A stretch of DNA of 64,000 nt, taken from the NCBI GenBank assembly GCA_022605425.2, contig JAKIMF020000004.1:1426001-1490000 (forward strand). The letters are read 5' to 3'. Of the stretch, positions 36,603-48,739 are shown one piece after another (positions within the stretch are counted from its first letter, which is position 1; every line of letters starts with the position of its first letter). A program made the position numbers and the translations under genes. This DNA is from Hamiltosporidium tvaerminnensis FI-OER-3-3 (taxonomy: Eukaryota > Fungi > Microsporidia). Below the pieces are notes generated by a model, which was not told the DNA's origin, did not search any database, and saw only the letters and a program-made list of their open reading frames with translations.

Positions 36603-38936
36603 TCAAATAATAACTTCAAATTTTTGTAATTCAGATATCTTCTTTATATCGTTTAAGAAAAATGAATTAAGGAAAACAATCCTTGTTAGTGATTTGATTT
36701 GATATAATGGGTTCAAGATTTCAGCATTTATACAAAATCTTTCAAATTTCAAGATAGATATTTTAGGAGAAAAGTATTTTGGAAAGAAAATCTCTAAATT
36801 AAAGAATCCAGATGTTGGATACATTTGTATGTACAGTGTTGTTAAATTTCGAAATCTTTCTAAAGAGCCAAAACTAGTTGCACATGCTTCGCAACTTATC
36901 GAAAATGCCATAAACTCAATTTTTATTTTTGTACTATTTATTGGTTCACCTGGAAATAATTTTCGAAATTTACATTGTAATAAACTAAGAAACGTTAAGT
37001 ATGGGAAATGATCGAAGAAATTTAGCTGTAAATTATTAAAATTACCCTTTTTTACGCTAAGTTGACGTATTTGGTATTTTGTAGAAGAAATAGAAAGAAT
37101 TTCAAAAAAATCAGATGCCAAATTGCAATTATGAAGAGATAAAACTTTCAAGGTATCGTTATTTTTCAAAAATTGGTATATATTTTCACTAACAGCAATA
37201 TTCTCTAGGTAGATTTCTTGTATTGAATGATTAAATCCATTCTTGAATTTCAAAAAATCAAAGTCTATTCGCCTTAGAAGAGTATATGATTCAATAATCA
37301 GGTTACTTAGATTATTAAAATTATAGAAAAAATCTTTACAAGAATTTACAACGTAGACACATACAAAATGTAATTTTCTTAGGCGATTGTATATTTCAAA
37401 ACTCTTTGAAAAATCAAATTTATTAAAAGTTGTTAATTTGCATTCAATTCGTAGCTCTTTAAGATTCGCAAGATTATTTATAAAAGAAATATATTCCCCC
37501 ATTTCGATATTATCATCACGTATCCCAATGTAAGAAATTTTTGAATCGATAACACTTAAGTTTGGCAATTTATAAGCATATTTAATATCAAAATTTGCAT
37601 TAATATCGATTTTCAAGGCAAGAAATTGACTATAATTTTTAGATTTCGACAAAAAATACACAAAGTCAGTCAAAAGTCTAAATTGGATTTCGGTGGGAAC
37701 ATTTATATTTGTAAAATTATCCGCAATAAAATTCGTATCAAGCCCCGCATCTGTAAAATTAATTCGATATAAGGTTAATTTAGGAAACAGAAAAAAAAAA
37801 TCAGAAAAATATTTAAGTTGCTCCGAGCTAGCCTGAATATATAATTCAGTAATATTTCCAAAGGGTTCAAACAAAACCAAATAATCTATCATAGAACATA
37901 TTTCAGAATCATTCATAAATATTTTTAAACGTTTAATGCTTGTAAAAATAGTGATAAGTTTTTTATAACATATATCGGTAAGGATAAAGAAATTTTGTAG
38001 CAGATAAATTGTATGAATTTCTAGTAGCAAAAGAAAATCCAGGATACAATCAAAATATAATTTGTGTAAATTTATCTCGACTAAAAAATCAAAAAAACTT
38101 TGATCACATAGCAATGTTAAATCAGCAGAACCGAATCGATTATTGTTATGTATCTGAAGCTCATCATTTTCATAGGCAAGAAACTTTCTTTGATCAGAAA
38201 AGCAAAAATATATAATACTTGATAAAAATTTGAAGATAAGAGAATAAAAATATTCAGTAAATTTCTCTTTATGGAAATAAAACTCGGGGCTAAATTTAGA
38301 TAAAGATTCAAGTAGGTTTAGTGCTAAAAAATTCATACAATCTTCAAATTCCACATTATCTGTCTGAATTTCAAATACTTCAAACCATTCAAACAAACTA
38401 TAAATTTCTTTGATTGTAAAACACTTAATTGCAGAATCAAAAGAAGAAATATATTTCAAATAGAAGGTAAGATCTAATAGACCAACATGATTTATCTTTA
38501 AAACTTCGAAGGCTGTATATTTTAAGATATGATTTTGGATCTTTTTGGATGTAAGAACACAATAATTTTCGTAATCAATTTCAATTCTGGTAAAAATAAA
38601 GTGTTGATCCGAATTTAAAGAGCACGCAAGTTTTCCATTTTCTAAATGATGTATTCCATCACAAACGTCAACAACAAAATCATTAATTTTGATCCCAAAA
38701 ACAGCCTCATTAATACCTTTCGGATTCAACAGAACAGTTTCTTCAATATTGATTTCTTTTGGATAAGATATGATGATACTACTATATATGCAACTAAAAC
38801 ATATAAAAAATATAATTTTATAAAGGAAAGACAACAGAACTTCGGTAAAAATCAACTTAAAACATTCGTTTACTACATATTTGAAATTAGTCAATCCATT
38901 GATCTGAATCTTCCCCATTTTTTGTATACAAATCAT
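36603..38936 (-). CDS. Leucine-rich-repeat-like protein, 777 aa
   Basis: Repeated LxxLxL/I motifs (NLANLKELRI, RLRKLHF, NLSNLII, TLKVLSLHNCNL, YLTFLSLLQC, RNLTTLYI); hydrophobic segment near residues 28-57; CCC 2 nt before ATG. Confidence 0.8.
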   Translation of the reverse strand: MICIQKMGKIQINGLTNFKYVVNECFKLIFTEVLLSFLYKIIFFICFSCIYSSIIISYPKEINIEETVLLNPKGINEAVFGIKINDFVVDVCDGIHHLENGKLACSLNSDQHFIFTRIEIDYENYCVLTSKKIQNHILKYTAFEVLKINHVGLLDLTFYLKYISSFDSAIKCFTIKEIYSLFEWFEVFEIQTDNVEFEDCMNFLALNLLESLSKFSPEFYFHKEKFTEYFYSLIFKFLSSIIYFCFSDQRKFLAYENDELQIHNNNRFGSADLTLLCDQSFFDFLVEINLHKLYFDCILDFLLLLEIHTIYLLQNFFILTDICYKKLITIFTSIKRLKIFMNDSEICSMIDYLVLFEPFGNITELYIQASSEQLKYFSDFFFLFPKLTLYRINFTDAGLDTNFIADNFTNINVPTEIQFRLLTDFVYFLSKSKNYSQFLALKIDINANFDIKYAYKLPNLSVIDSKISYIGIRDDNIEMGEYISFINNLANLKELRIECKLTTFNKFDFSKSFEIYNRLRKLHFVCVYVVNSCKDFFYNFNNLSNLIIESYTLLRRIDFDFLKFKNGFNHSIQEIYLENIAVSENIYQFLKNNDTLKVLSLHNCNLASDFFEILSISSTKYQIRQLSVKKGNFNNLQLNFFDHFPYLTFLSLLQCKFRKLFPGEPINSTKIKIEFMAFSISCEACATSFGSLERFRNLTTLYIQMYPTSGFFNLEIFFPKYFSPKISILKFERFCINAEILNPLYQIKSLTRIVFLNSFFLNDIKKISELQKFEVII

Positions 38937-39619
38937 TAGGGTGTAATAATTAATTTTGAATTAATCAAATTAATTTGCGAATTTTTTTTAACTGAAAACG
39001 TTTTTAATAACAAAAAATAATTTAGATTTTAATTTATTGTTTTGGGAAAACAATTAGATTTGTAAAATCAAGAAATATAATATTGCTATGAATGTTTCAA
39101 TCTTGCAAAATTATAAAGTTCAAGATACATTTATAAAATCTTTAGAACTGATTTTAGGGAAATTATATTTTTAAACATATACTAGAATTGATTTATAGCT
39201 TTTTTTTTGAATATTTTGATTCTATTTGCTTTTTGCTAATATATTAGCATAATGTTGATTTTATTGATCCCTATATATATTGTTCGATTAAAGAACCATT
39301 TGCATTTTTTTTAAATCTTGAAAAATTCCTCGAAAATTTGAAGTGTGTAGCCTAGATCTCTTATTTTGCGTAAACAAATATTTATTATATTCTTTTGACA
39401 TACAATAAATTTAGATTACAACTTATAAGTTTTTCACAAATATTTTAATGAATAAACAAATGCATTCTGAATACATAGATGATAATAAAATCTAAATTAT
39501 TGTGTAAACTACTTTTATAAAATATGAATGCCGCAATATAAAATCTATAAAGTTAGTTCTTGTTTTAAACTTATAATATTTAAAAATAAATAAAATAAAC
39601 CAAACCTTTATTGATACTT

Positions 39620-39820
39620 TTAATTCATTTTCTTTCCATTTCTTGCTGTTTTTATTCTTCTTTGACTTGTATTGTCGCCACTGCGGTATTTACAACATCT
39701 TCGTCTACACATGTTTATAAGAGTAAAAATAATAAAAAAAGTCAATGCACTTCCAAAGAATATTACGATCCAGATTCCAAATTCAGATTTTAAAAAATTC
39801 TTGATCAAACATTTTACCAT
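39620..39820 (-). CDS. Possible small single-pass membrane protein (66 aa)
   Basis: Hydrophobic FGIWIVIFFGSALTFFIIFTLI followed by MCRRRCCK and a basic tail; AATAAA just downstream of the stop. Confidence 0.45.
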   Translation of the reverse strand: MVKCLIKNFLKSEFGIWIVIFFGSALTFFIIFTLINMCRRRCCKYRSGDNTSQRRIKTARNGKKMN

Positions 39821-41798
39821 TTTGTGTGGTTAAGTTACACAAGGACTATTTAAATATCGAAAAAGGAGTTAATTTAGATTGGTCAAATTTTTTTGATAAG
39901 TAATATTTCATCTTTCGAATAAATCGTTTATCTTATTGTATTTTTCTATTTAAAAAAATAACTTTATATGTGTTTGTAGATAGAAGCAAAATATGTTCAT
40001 TTACTTAAAAAGGCAATTTATTCATTTATAATATTCTTTTTAATAAATAATCGAATCGCGATTCTAAATCAAGCAAAAAAAGGTATTTTTATAAGAAGAA
40101 ATTTAAAAACTTAAAAACCGTGATAAATATTTCATCATGCGACACCGATAATTTTGTAACAATAAAAGATGAGAACTTAATTGAAATTTTATTCTTCAAA
40201 TAATTTTCATTTCAGACTATCATATAAAATAGCGCTTACGAAGTATTTGAAAACTAATCGGAAATCAATGCACAGAGAAATGAAATTACATATTAAATAT
40301 AAGATTCAATCTTTGGTTTTCATCTTGACACACAGCATGAACTATAAAAAAAGAAATTAATCATAAAAAATCTGTGATGAAGAATAAAATTGTAAAATTT
40401 TTTTTGAGCCTTTTAAATATTAATGAAAAATGATGATCCAAAATATAATTACTGAACAATTTTTACAGCAGATAGCCATGAACTGACCCAAAAATGCCCA
40501 ATGAAAACAACAAAGTTTAATTTCTCGCTAAAATTCAACTCCTAGATTCTAAAAGGAAACAAACAGCATATAATCATATATAGGCTTAAATTAAATAATT
40601 CATAAAAAGCCAAATATTGAATTTAAAAATTCATATATTTTAGAACAGATTTTATAAATTACTCATAAGTATGTTGAAATTAGGTCTAAAAGACAAAACC
40701 AATTGAAAAATTCAAAGAAATAACCAATAAAAACCAAAGGGTACGGCACTCTGCCATTCAAAAAACGGGTTCTCTAATCCTATTTTAATTTAATTATATT
40801 ATCTAATCATAAATATTTTTTTTAAGAAAATAAATTTTAATTAGATTAATAAAAATTATATCTATACATTTTATCTTTTCAAACAAATGTCAAATCCTAA
40901 TTTTATCTCTTTAAAATTTTTTTCTTATTTTCGTGTAAGATTAAGATAATTAATAAAAATAGTGATGGACATATTTCTCAGATCTTTATAATAGTTTTAT
41001 AATGAATTATATTTAAAATCTCAACAATTTTTAAACGTTAAGTAAATACATTCTAAAATGCTTAAAATAAAAAATTGTGCAACATTATTACAATTTTAGA
41101 ATATTAAAATGCGATTCATCGCTAAGAAATATAAAAGTTTAAAAACGTTCAAAAGCCAACTTATAATTTTATTGCTTCCCTTAATGGAAATGTGCTATAC
41201 TACACATATAATCCAATAAATTCATATTATTAAAATTCTATTTTGAGACATTTTTAAAATTAATTCAATTGACATTTTATGTGTAAAATATTAGAACAGA
41301 GTCTATTTTTATAGCGGTTAAACCACACTTTGTGCTTTCGCTAAACATATATTCTAATTTTTTTTAAACCATTCTTAAGTTCCTTTATAAATTTAGTAAA
41401 ATCTATTAATTGAAATTTAATTAAATCCATAATTAAAGATAAATTATAAATAGAAGGTTCTGGCGTATTTTTTTTAATAATAGAACTACATTTTGATTAA
41501 TTCTTGGCAATGAAATGTGTCAAAAGAAAAAAAAGTATTCGAGTTCAGTCTATTCGACAATATATATTTTATTAAAAACTCAATAAAATTTGAAACAAAT
41601 TTATAATAAATTTATAAAAGTTCTGGATAAATTCGGTTCTATGGTACTTCTTCCACTGATTATCTTAGCCAAAAATACCACAGAAAAGCTGCCTAGTTTT
41701 TTTAATCTATATTATCGTTAATTAAATTTTAGATGTCACTTTTTGATAATTCCTAATTAGGACAAACAAAATAAATAAAAAGAAATTGCAAAACCAAT

Positions 41799-42764
41799 AT
41801 GTTTGGTGATAAAAAAAATTATTATAAATTCAAATCAGATTCTGTTCCATCCAGGCATAAGCCTATAGCAGAGTTCGTAGATAAGCTATATAATATGGTA
41901 CAAGATAACCTTAATGAACCATATATACGATGGAACAGTGATGGAAAAAGTTTTATAATAATACATCCACCCGAATTTGCCAGATGTATTCTAGAAAACT
42001 ATTTCAAACATGCAAATCTAAGTTCTTTTGTTCGCCAGCTAAACAAGTATCACTTTCATAAAATAAAAAGCTCGGAAAATATTATTGAAGCTTTCGGATC
42101 ACAGGTATGGGAATTTAGGAATCCAGACTTTCAGAAGAATAGACCGGATCTTTTGACTAGAATTAAAAGAAAAAGATCTTCCAACGAAAGAAGTTTTAGA
42201 TCTTATTATGACACAGGTAGTAATATTGTTGATCAAACTTCAATGATGCAGGATCAGATTTTAGGAACTTTAAAAGTCATTACTCGATATTTTCAAGTAA
42301 TAATTGAAGATTTAAATGAAATAAAGAAATTTATATTGCACGAAAAAGGATTGCAACCGACTATATTTGCAAATATATTGCTTGCAGAAGATAATGTTAC
42401 ATGTTCTACATATGCGTCAGTAATATTGAAAAAGATAGGATGTGCAGTAACGATTGCAGAATCAGAAGATGATATCATGGAAAAATTATCAGGTGACAAA
42501 TTTGATATGGTAATATTTAGTCTTGGATTACCGAATATAAATTCAGTTGTTCGAAGTCTAAGACAGTATGATAATTCCACTATAATAATTGCTATCTCAG
42601 AAGGTCTTTCAAAAGAAGAATGTGTTAGCTTTCTTTCACTCGGGATCAACGAGATATTAATTAAACCATATCACCATGATGCATTGGTTCAATTGATAAA
42701 TAATTATTGTAACCCCAAGCGAAGAACGGGAGCTGTCTGGAAACAATATGGTATAAGTCATTAA
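41799..42764 (+). CDS. SKN7: HSF-type DNA-binding domain plus receiver-domain transcription factor (Skn7/Prr1-like)
   Basis: FVDKLYNMV, IRWNSDGKSF, YFKHANLSSFVRQLNKYHFHK and WEFRNPDF...IKRK (HSF domain); ILLAED...FDMVIFS...IIAIS...LIKPY (receiver fold). Confidence 0.9.
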   Translation: MFGDKKNYYKFKSDSVPSRHKPIAEFVDKLYNMVQDNLNEPYIRWNSDGKSFIIIHPPEFARCILENYFKHANLSSFVRQLNKYHFHKIKSSENIIEAFGSQVWEFRNPDFQKNRPDLLTRIKRKRSSNERSFRSYYDTGSNIVDQTSMMQDQILGTLKVITRYFQVIIEDLNEIKKFILHEKGLQPTIFANILLAEDNVTCSTYASVILKKIGCAVTIAESEDDIMEKLSGDKFDMVIFSLGLPNINSVVRSLRQYDNSTIIIAISEGLSKEECVSFLSLGINEILIKPYHHDALVQLINNYCNPKRRTGAVWKQYGISH

Positions 42765-43904
42765 TTATATTTTCCAATAATAAAAGTAGTTTATAAGGTA
42801 TATGTAAAATTCTATTCAATATATTTTATTAATTTCAATAATTTTCGAAATACATTCATCCATTCGTAAATTTTATTTATATTAAATATAATTTATATTA
42901 CCGCATTAAGCTTTTTTGGTAATTTTAATTTAATTTCATTTAATATTACAAATTAAGAAAATCAAAAATCTAAACGCTTTACAACCAAAATAATTCTATG
43001 CCTTGAAAATAGAATGTAGAAAACAAAATTTAGTTTAGAAATTAAATAATTATGCGTAAAACACATATTCTAGTTTAATAACCTGACAAGAAAAAATTTA
43101 AGATTATGAATTCCCAGCAATTAAACCTCTGTCTTTAAGACATGAAATTATAAATATTTCTTACAATAAAAATATTTACAGAATATTTAGACACAATACT
43201 TAACATTTTAATTAGAATTACAAGTGACCGTATTATTCTAAGTTAATTAGCTTTTCTTGATCTTACTTTCAAAAATTATAAATTAATAATATAATATTTT
43301 TTTTAAAAGAAATATCAAATGAGTGAAAATATTTACAAATCTGTAGAAACTTAATCTGATATTGTGATATATAAATTCTATTGAAATTATAAACAAACCA
43401 ACTTTTTCCAAAATATTTGCTATCTGGAATTGATAAATATGTTTTTTTTTCATAATAGAACACTTTATTCTTTGAGAAATATGATTGAGATTAAAATTTT
43501 AAACTTGAATAACATCAAATTGCACAAACTTCTCTAATTATCCGATTGAAATGCTTGAATAATAATTCTAAATAATGTTTTGATTAAATTATACAAAAAA
43601 TTCAATATATTATAAAATCATATTGTTTCTGCTCGAAACATCATATAAACAACAATAAACTAATATATCTCGCATTTGTAATAAATTCTTCAATATTTCA
43701 CAGAAAATGTGATTTGAATTCTAATTTAAACCTAAATATTACTATAATTGAAACAAACTTGTATCCATCAATTTTAAACCCAAAACAATTAGTAGTAAGA
43801 TACGGTAACACGTAGAAAGAAATTTTATACATACATAACTAGAATAAATAATATAAAAATAGAATAAGTTTGAAAAATATTTGATGGAACAGTTAAATGA
43901 AATA

Positions 43905-44632
43905 CTTTATTTGTAAATATCACATCTTTTTTAAAATAGTGGCAAGTGTTATATTTGTTTTTATGACATTAACGCAGTTCTAGGTTTAACATAAATGACT
44001 GCTACCCCAAAACTCCATCGGCAACCCCTGCGATACCTACGTCCCAAAGCGTTTCATCTACCAGGTCTTTAGAACCTAAATAATAGGCGACGAAGTTGCT
44101 TGGAGTTCGTTAATGTCCGTTGCATGGAGTGTGATCGAAGGCCGAAGCCCCCCCTGGGCTCCCCCAAGACTATGCAGCATTCCCACTTACTCTACACTTT
44201 CTGAACCCAATAAACTTCTAGCTAAGATATATTTCAGAGACTTACATGGGGTCCACCTAGACAGTGCAATGTCATACCAACAGGTATAACCTGCTACTTA
44301 GCTCTCCCGGCTTTTAATTGGTTTTATTTTTATATCTCCCAGGCGCTAAGTCTTCTAACCCGAGTGAGCAAGGCTAGGTTTCCATGCTTTTACATGGCGA
44401 TTACCTACATGTTCAGCTGCGGTCTGCAATCTGGTTACATAAAAAACTACAAATAAATTTGTAGAAAAGGTTTCTCCATTTCTTAGACCTCTCCTCTTCA
44501 TAACAACTCCCATGGAACAACCGAAGATGTAGTGTGGTTAATTCCCACCAAAAATCCAAACAATGATCTCACAACAGTTTCACACACTCATTGCCAAGCA
44601 GAAAGTTTTTTATGTGGTTATCCTCCCTCCAC
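43905..44632 (-). mobile_element. 725-bp non-coding element, copy 3, with a perfect 15-bp TSD
   Basis: CAGTTAAATGAAATA at 43890-43904 and 44633-44647 flanks the element exactly. Confidence 0.93.
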
Positions 44633-46045
44633 CAGTTAAATGAAATAAAAATTTATTATTCTAAATTTACTTGAATTTCTTTTCTATATAAAGATATAAT
44701 AAACTTGAGAAATATACAGGCAAAAACGAAAGATTAAAAACCTATTTTTAGAGATTTTTAAATAAAATAACAAGGAAAATCCACAAAATTTTAATATTAT
44801 TCATTTCATATATGAATTCAATCATTTATAATGTTTAGAAATTAATTTTTTCAAAGAAAATTTCAGTTTTTGTATCTAAAAATCCAATATTTTAATTTAG
44901 TCTCAATAATGTAAATATAAACTGAAAGTAAAAAGTGGAACTTGTGATTTTAAATTCTAAAATATTTCGAAACCTTAACATCGAAAGGTACTAGTGAAAC
45001 CGAATAAGTAAGTAAATATCTGGGATTATAATTTTTAAACTATTTACTCTCTCACCTCGAAACAATAATATCTTTATAAATGCTTAATAATATCATTTTA
45101 ACTTATGATTAGTTCTTATATTTTGAACGACTTTCCGAACGTAAATCTTAAAATAATTAGGTCTTTAAACGTACAAGATATCAAATTAATTTTTATATTT
45201 AGAAGATTACTATATAATAATTTTTATTTTATTTTAGCTTAATTAGACAAAAAAATCGGCTCTTTTACGAGGTTCAAGATCTTTTTTTAACTCTTTCTTA
45301 AAGAAATCATAAAAAAATCATTTTTTCTCAACATTTTCAATTATAAGAAACCATATTTTCAACAAAAAATAATTGCGTAGAAATTTTGATTTTCTTTAGT
45401 TTATATGATTCATATAAATTAAAAGATCCTTTAGGTTTTAATTTGTACTTTAAATACTTTTATTGTTTTAAATTATTAAATTTGATTTAAATCATTATTT
45501 AATTTATTCCTACAAAATGTATGAAAATATAAATCAAAGTATAATTTTTAGAATTCCATGTAATTATATTGACGAAATATTTTTTTGATAAAATTATTTA
45601 CAATGAAGTTGAAATTTTAAAATAAAATTTAATTCGTTTGTAATTAAAATATTTATTGTAAAATAAATAAATAAACAACTACATAAGATAAAATTTGTTT
45701 TTTAACCTGCAAACTCCAATAAACTTAATTTACGAATCTCATTGCATAAAATTCAGCCTTTAAAAGATTTTTCTCCCTTTCATATATTTCTTTATACTTT
45801 AACGCTTTTATTTCCATCCTAAAATATTTTCTAATTTTCGTTTTTTATTTCAAAAACAAACAAAAAAAATGAGCAAAAATAAATATATAATGAGAATTTA
45901 GAAATAAAAAAAATTGAATTGAATCACAATACTATTATTTATCAGCTTAGCTCATATATTTTAATTTCTATGTTTAAACATTCTATTTTTTTTTTATTTA
46001 AATATCCGAATAGAATTTATTCTTTTTAAAAATTAACCGTTAAAA

Positions 46046-48541
46046 ATGGACAATGATTTTATTCCGGATTTTACTTTAAAACATTCACTTGGTGAAATAG
46101 TCAATAAAAAGAGTGTAATACAATGGGACGGTACAGCTGTTTTAATATCATTATATAATAGATTAGTTATGTGGGATACAAGAAAATTTGAGATAAAATA
46201 TACATTTGGTGATTCATTTAAATACATTATAACATCATTTTGTAAAGTAGAATTAAATGGTGAAATATTTTATTATATTGGATATGAAGATGGAACTTTA
46301 AAGGTGTTTGACAGTGAAAATAATAAAACAGGACATAAAAAACTTTTTAATAAAAAAATAGTTTCCATTGTTTTTGCCAATCCATACATCTTTATTGCTT
46401 CAAAAGAAATGAAAATTCTTAAATTTGATATTCAAAATGAAAAAATAGTTGCTTCTTATTCTCAGATCATGTCACCAATAATGAAATTGGCAATCTCCGG
46501 AAATTATATTGTTACATCACATACTGATAAATATATTAGAATATGGGAAATAAATGATACATTTCCATATTTCATTTATATGTTTGACAATGAAATACAC
46601 GATTTTGAAGTTTATAAACATTTTATTATTGTTTTTTTGAAAAATGGAAGTGGATTTGTAATAAATATTTTTGAAAAAAGTATTATTTCTTGGCAAAAGT
46701 TTAAAACTTTTAAAAGAGTCAAAGTATTTGATGATAAACTTTCTATATTGGCAAAGAATAAAATATTTATATATGAACTTTCTATTCAAAAAAATATTTC
46801 TAAAGAAATAGAAAACAAAGAAATTAAAAATACTTCTATTTACATAGAAAACGAGGAAGAAAAATTAGAAAATAACGATTTTGAGACTTTAATTAAAAAA
46901 TTAAAAAAAGAGGAAACAAAAGAAAATTTAAATATTCAAGATTGTAAAATTGAAAAAACTATTTTAAGCATAAAAGATAGTTTAAATAAGAAAGTCTCGG
47001 AAAATTGTGCAGACATAGTTTTCTGTAATAATAATACAATTATGTTGACAACTAGTAACAATATGTTTCTTTCTATTAATATATTAGAAGATCGAACGTC
47101 TTCTTTCAATTTTCACACAAAAGAAATTATTGGTTTAGAAATTAATAAAAATTCTATTTTTACTCTTTCTAGCACAGAGATTATTAAATGGGAAATAGAA
47201 AATGAAATAATTTATATGAAAAATATTATAAATCTTGAAATACAGGCTAAAGGAATGTGCATTTTACAAGAAGTTTTATTTATTTGGTGTGAAGAAGGTA
47301 TTTTAGGATTTTCTACAAATAATTTTGAACTTCTATATAAAAAGAAATTATTCACTACAGCAATTTTCAGTAGAAATAATTATTTGCTTGTTGGAAGTGG
47401 AAGTCATCTAAAAATTTTGAAATTAAAAAAATCTAAAAATGAAAATTTAAAAGACAATAAAAATCCGAAAAAAGTTGTTGATGAAACTTGCAATAAAAAT
47501 AAAAATTTAAAAGATTCTACAAATTTAATAAATGTTGCTAAGGAAACTTGGAATGAAAATGAGAACAAAATTAATTTAAAAGATTCTACAAGTTTAATAA
47601 AAGTTGCCGATGAAACTTGGAATGAAAATGAAAACAGAATTAATCTAAAAGAAAAAGAAAGTATAAATGTATTAGAAAGTATTTGTTGTATTTATATGTC
47701 CAAAGACGAAACCTTGATCGGTGTAGGCCTCATGAACACGCAAATATATATTTACGATTTTAAAACATTAGAAAGAAAAGTATCTCTTTATGGGCATTCA
47801 TTACCAGTTAGAAATTTTTCAATTTCAGAAGATAATAAACAATTAATAAGTTGTGGATCAGATAAGCTCATAAAAATTTGGGGAATAGAATTCGGTGAGT
47901 GTAGGAAAAGTTTCATTGGTAATTCTTCAAATGTAGAATTTCTTTATAATGATACACGAAGATTTATTTTCTGTGATGAAAATATCAAATATTACAATAA
48001 TTTTGATCTTTTAAAGGAATTTAGAAGTTTTGATAATCAATTAGCAAAAATATCAAAAGAATTTATGATTGTATGTGGAAAATTTTCTATAAATCTTTAT
48101 ATGATGAATGATTACGAATATTTACCAGTAGAAAGCAGTAATGAAGAAGAAGATTTAAGAAATGAAATGAAAATAGTAAACGTTAAAAATTACGAAAAGT
48201 TTTATGATTTTATTGAAGAATACGAAGAAAATAAAACTAAAGAAAACTTAGAAAGACTTTGTAAATTTTTAAAAAAAATACCTTTATTGGAAATAGAAAA
48301 ATATATTCAACACTTAGATTCCTTTGGTGTTAATCTTATTCTAGAATGTTGTATATTAATTGTCAATAGCAATTGTGTCATTGTTGCTAAAATATTCAAT
48401 TCACTCATAAGAATTCACAAGAACACCATAAATAAAGAATTAAGTGATAAATTATACAAAGAAATTCTAAAAAATATTTGCTCTTTAAAAGATTCAATTG
48501 GAAGTACTTTATCATTTATTGATTACACTATTAATAAATAG
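46046..48541 (+). CDS. UTP12: WD40 SSU processome subunit Utp12/Dip2 (WDR3)-like
   Basis: SLYGHSLPV..FSISEDNKQLISCGSDKLIKIWGIEFGECRKS is the Dip2/WDR3 signature; also GYEDGTLKVFD and a helical C-terminal domain. Confidence 0.85.
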   Translation: MDNDFIPDFTLKHSLGEIVNKKSVIQWDGTAVLISLYNRLVMWDTRKFEIKYTFGDSFKYIITSFCKVELNGEIFYYIGYEDGTLKVFDSENNKTGHKKLFNKKIVSIVFANPYIFIASKEMKILKFDIQNEKIVASYSQIMSPIMKLAISGNYIVTSHTDKYIRIWEINDTFPYFIYMFDNEIHDFEVYKHFIIVFLKNGSGFVINIFEKSIISWQKFKTFKRVKVFDDKLSILAKNKIFIYELSIQKNISKEIENKEIKNTSIYIENEEEKLENNDFETLIKKLKKEETKENLNIQDCKIEKTILSIKDSLNKKVSENCADIVFCNNNTIMLTTSNNMFLSINILEDRTSSFNFHTKEIIGLEINKNSIFTLSSTEIIKWEIENEIIYMKNIINLEIQAKGMCILQEVLFIWCEEGILGFSTNNFELLYKKKLFTTAIFSRNNYLLVGSGSHLKILKLKKSKNENLKDNKNPKKVVDETCNKNKNLKDSTNLINVAKETWNENENKINLKDSTSLIKVADETWNENENRINLKEKESINVLESICCIYMSKDETLIGVGLMNTQIYIYDFKTLERKVSLYGHSLPVRNFSISEDNKQLISCGSDKLIKIWGIEFGECRKSFIGNSSNVEFLYNDTRRFIFCDENIKYYNNFDLLKEFRSFDNQLAKISKEFMIVCGKFSINLYMMNDYEYLPVESSNEEEDLRNEMKIVNVKNYEKFYDFIEEYEENKTKENLERLCKFLKKIPLLEIEKYIQHLDSFGVNLILECCILIVNSNCVIVAKIFNSLIRIHKNTINKELSDKLYKEILKNICSLKDSIGSTLSFIDYTINK
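47440..47650 (+). repeat. In-frame coding tandem repeat (69-bp/23-aa units plus a shorter unit) in UTP12
   Basis: NLKDSTNLINVAKETWNENENKI / NLKDSTSLIKVADETWNENENRI. Confidence 0.85.
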
Positions 48542-48739
48542 AAATTTTTTAATAAAAAAAATTAGCTTTCTTTTACAATCATTTAAAAAATATAATTTTT
48601 ATTTTTTTCCTTGAAAATTTTTCATAATTTTAAAATATAATTTGTAAATTATTTACTTGACTGCCCAGTAGTAAATTAAATTAAATAATAAATATGTGAA
48701 AAAATAGGAAATTAAATAAATATATTAATCTAAATTTTT

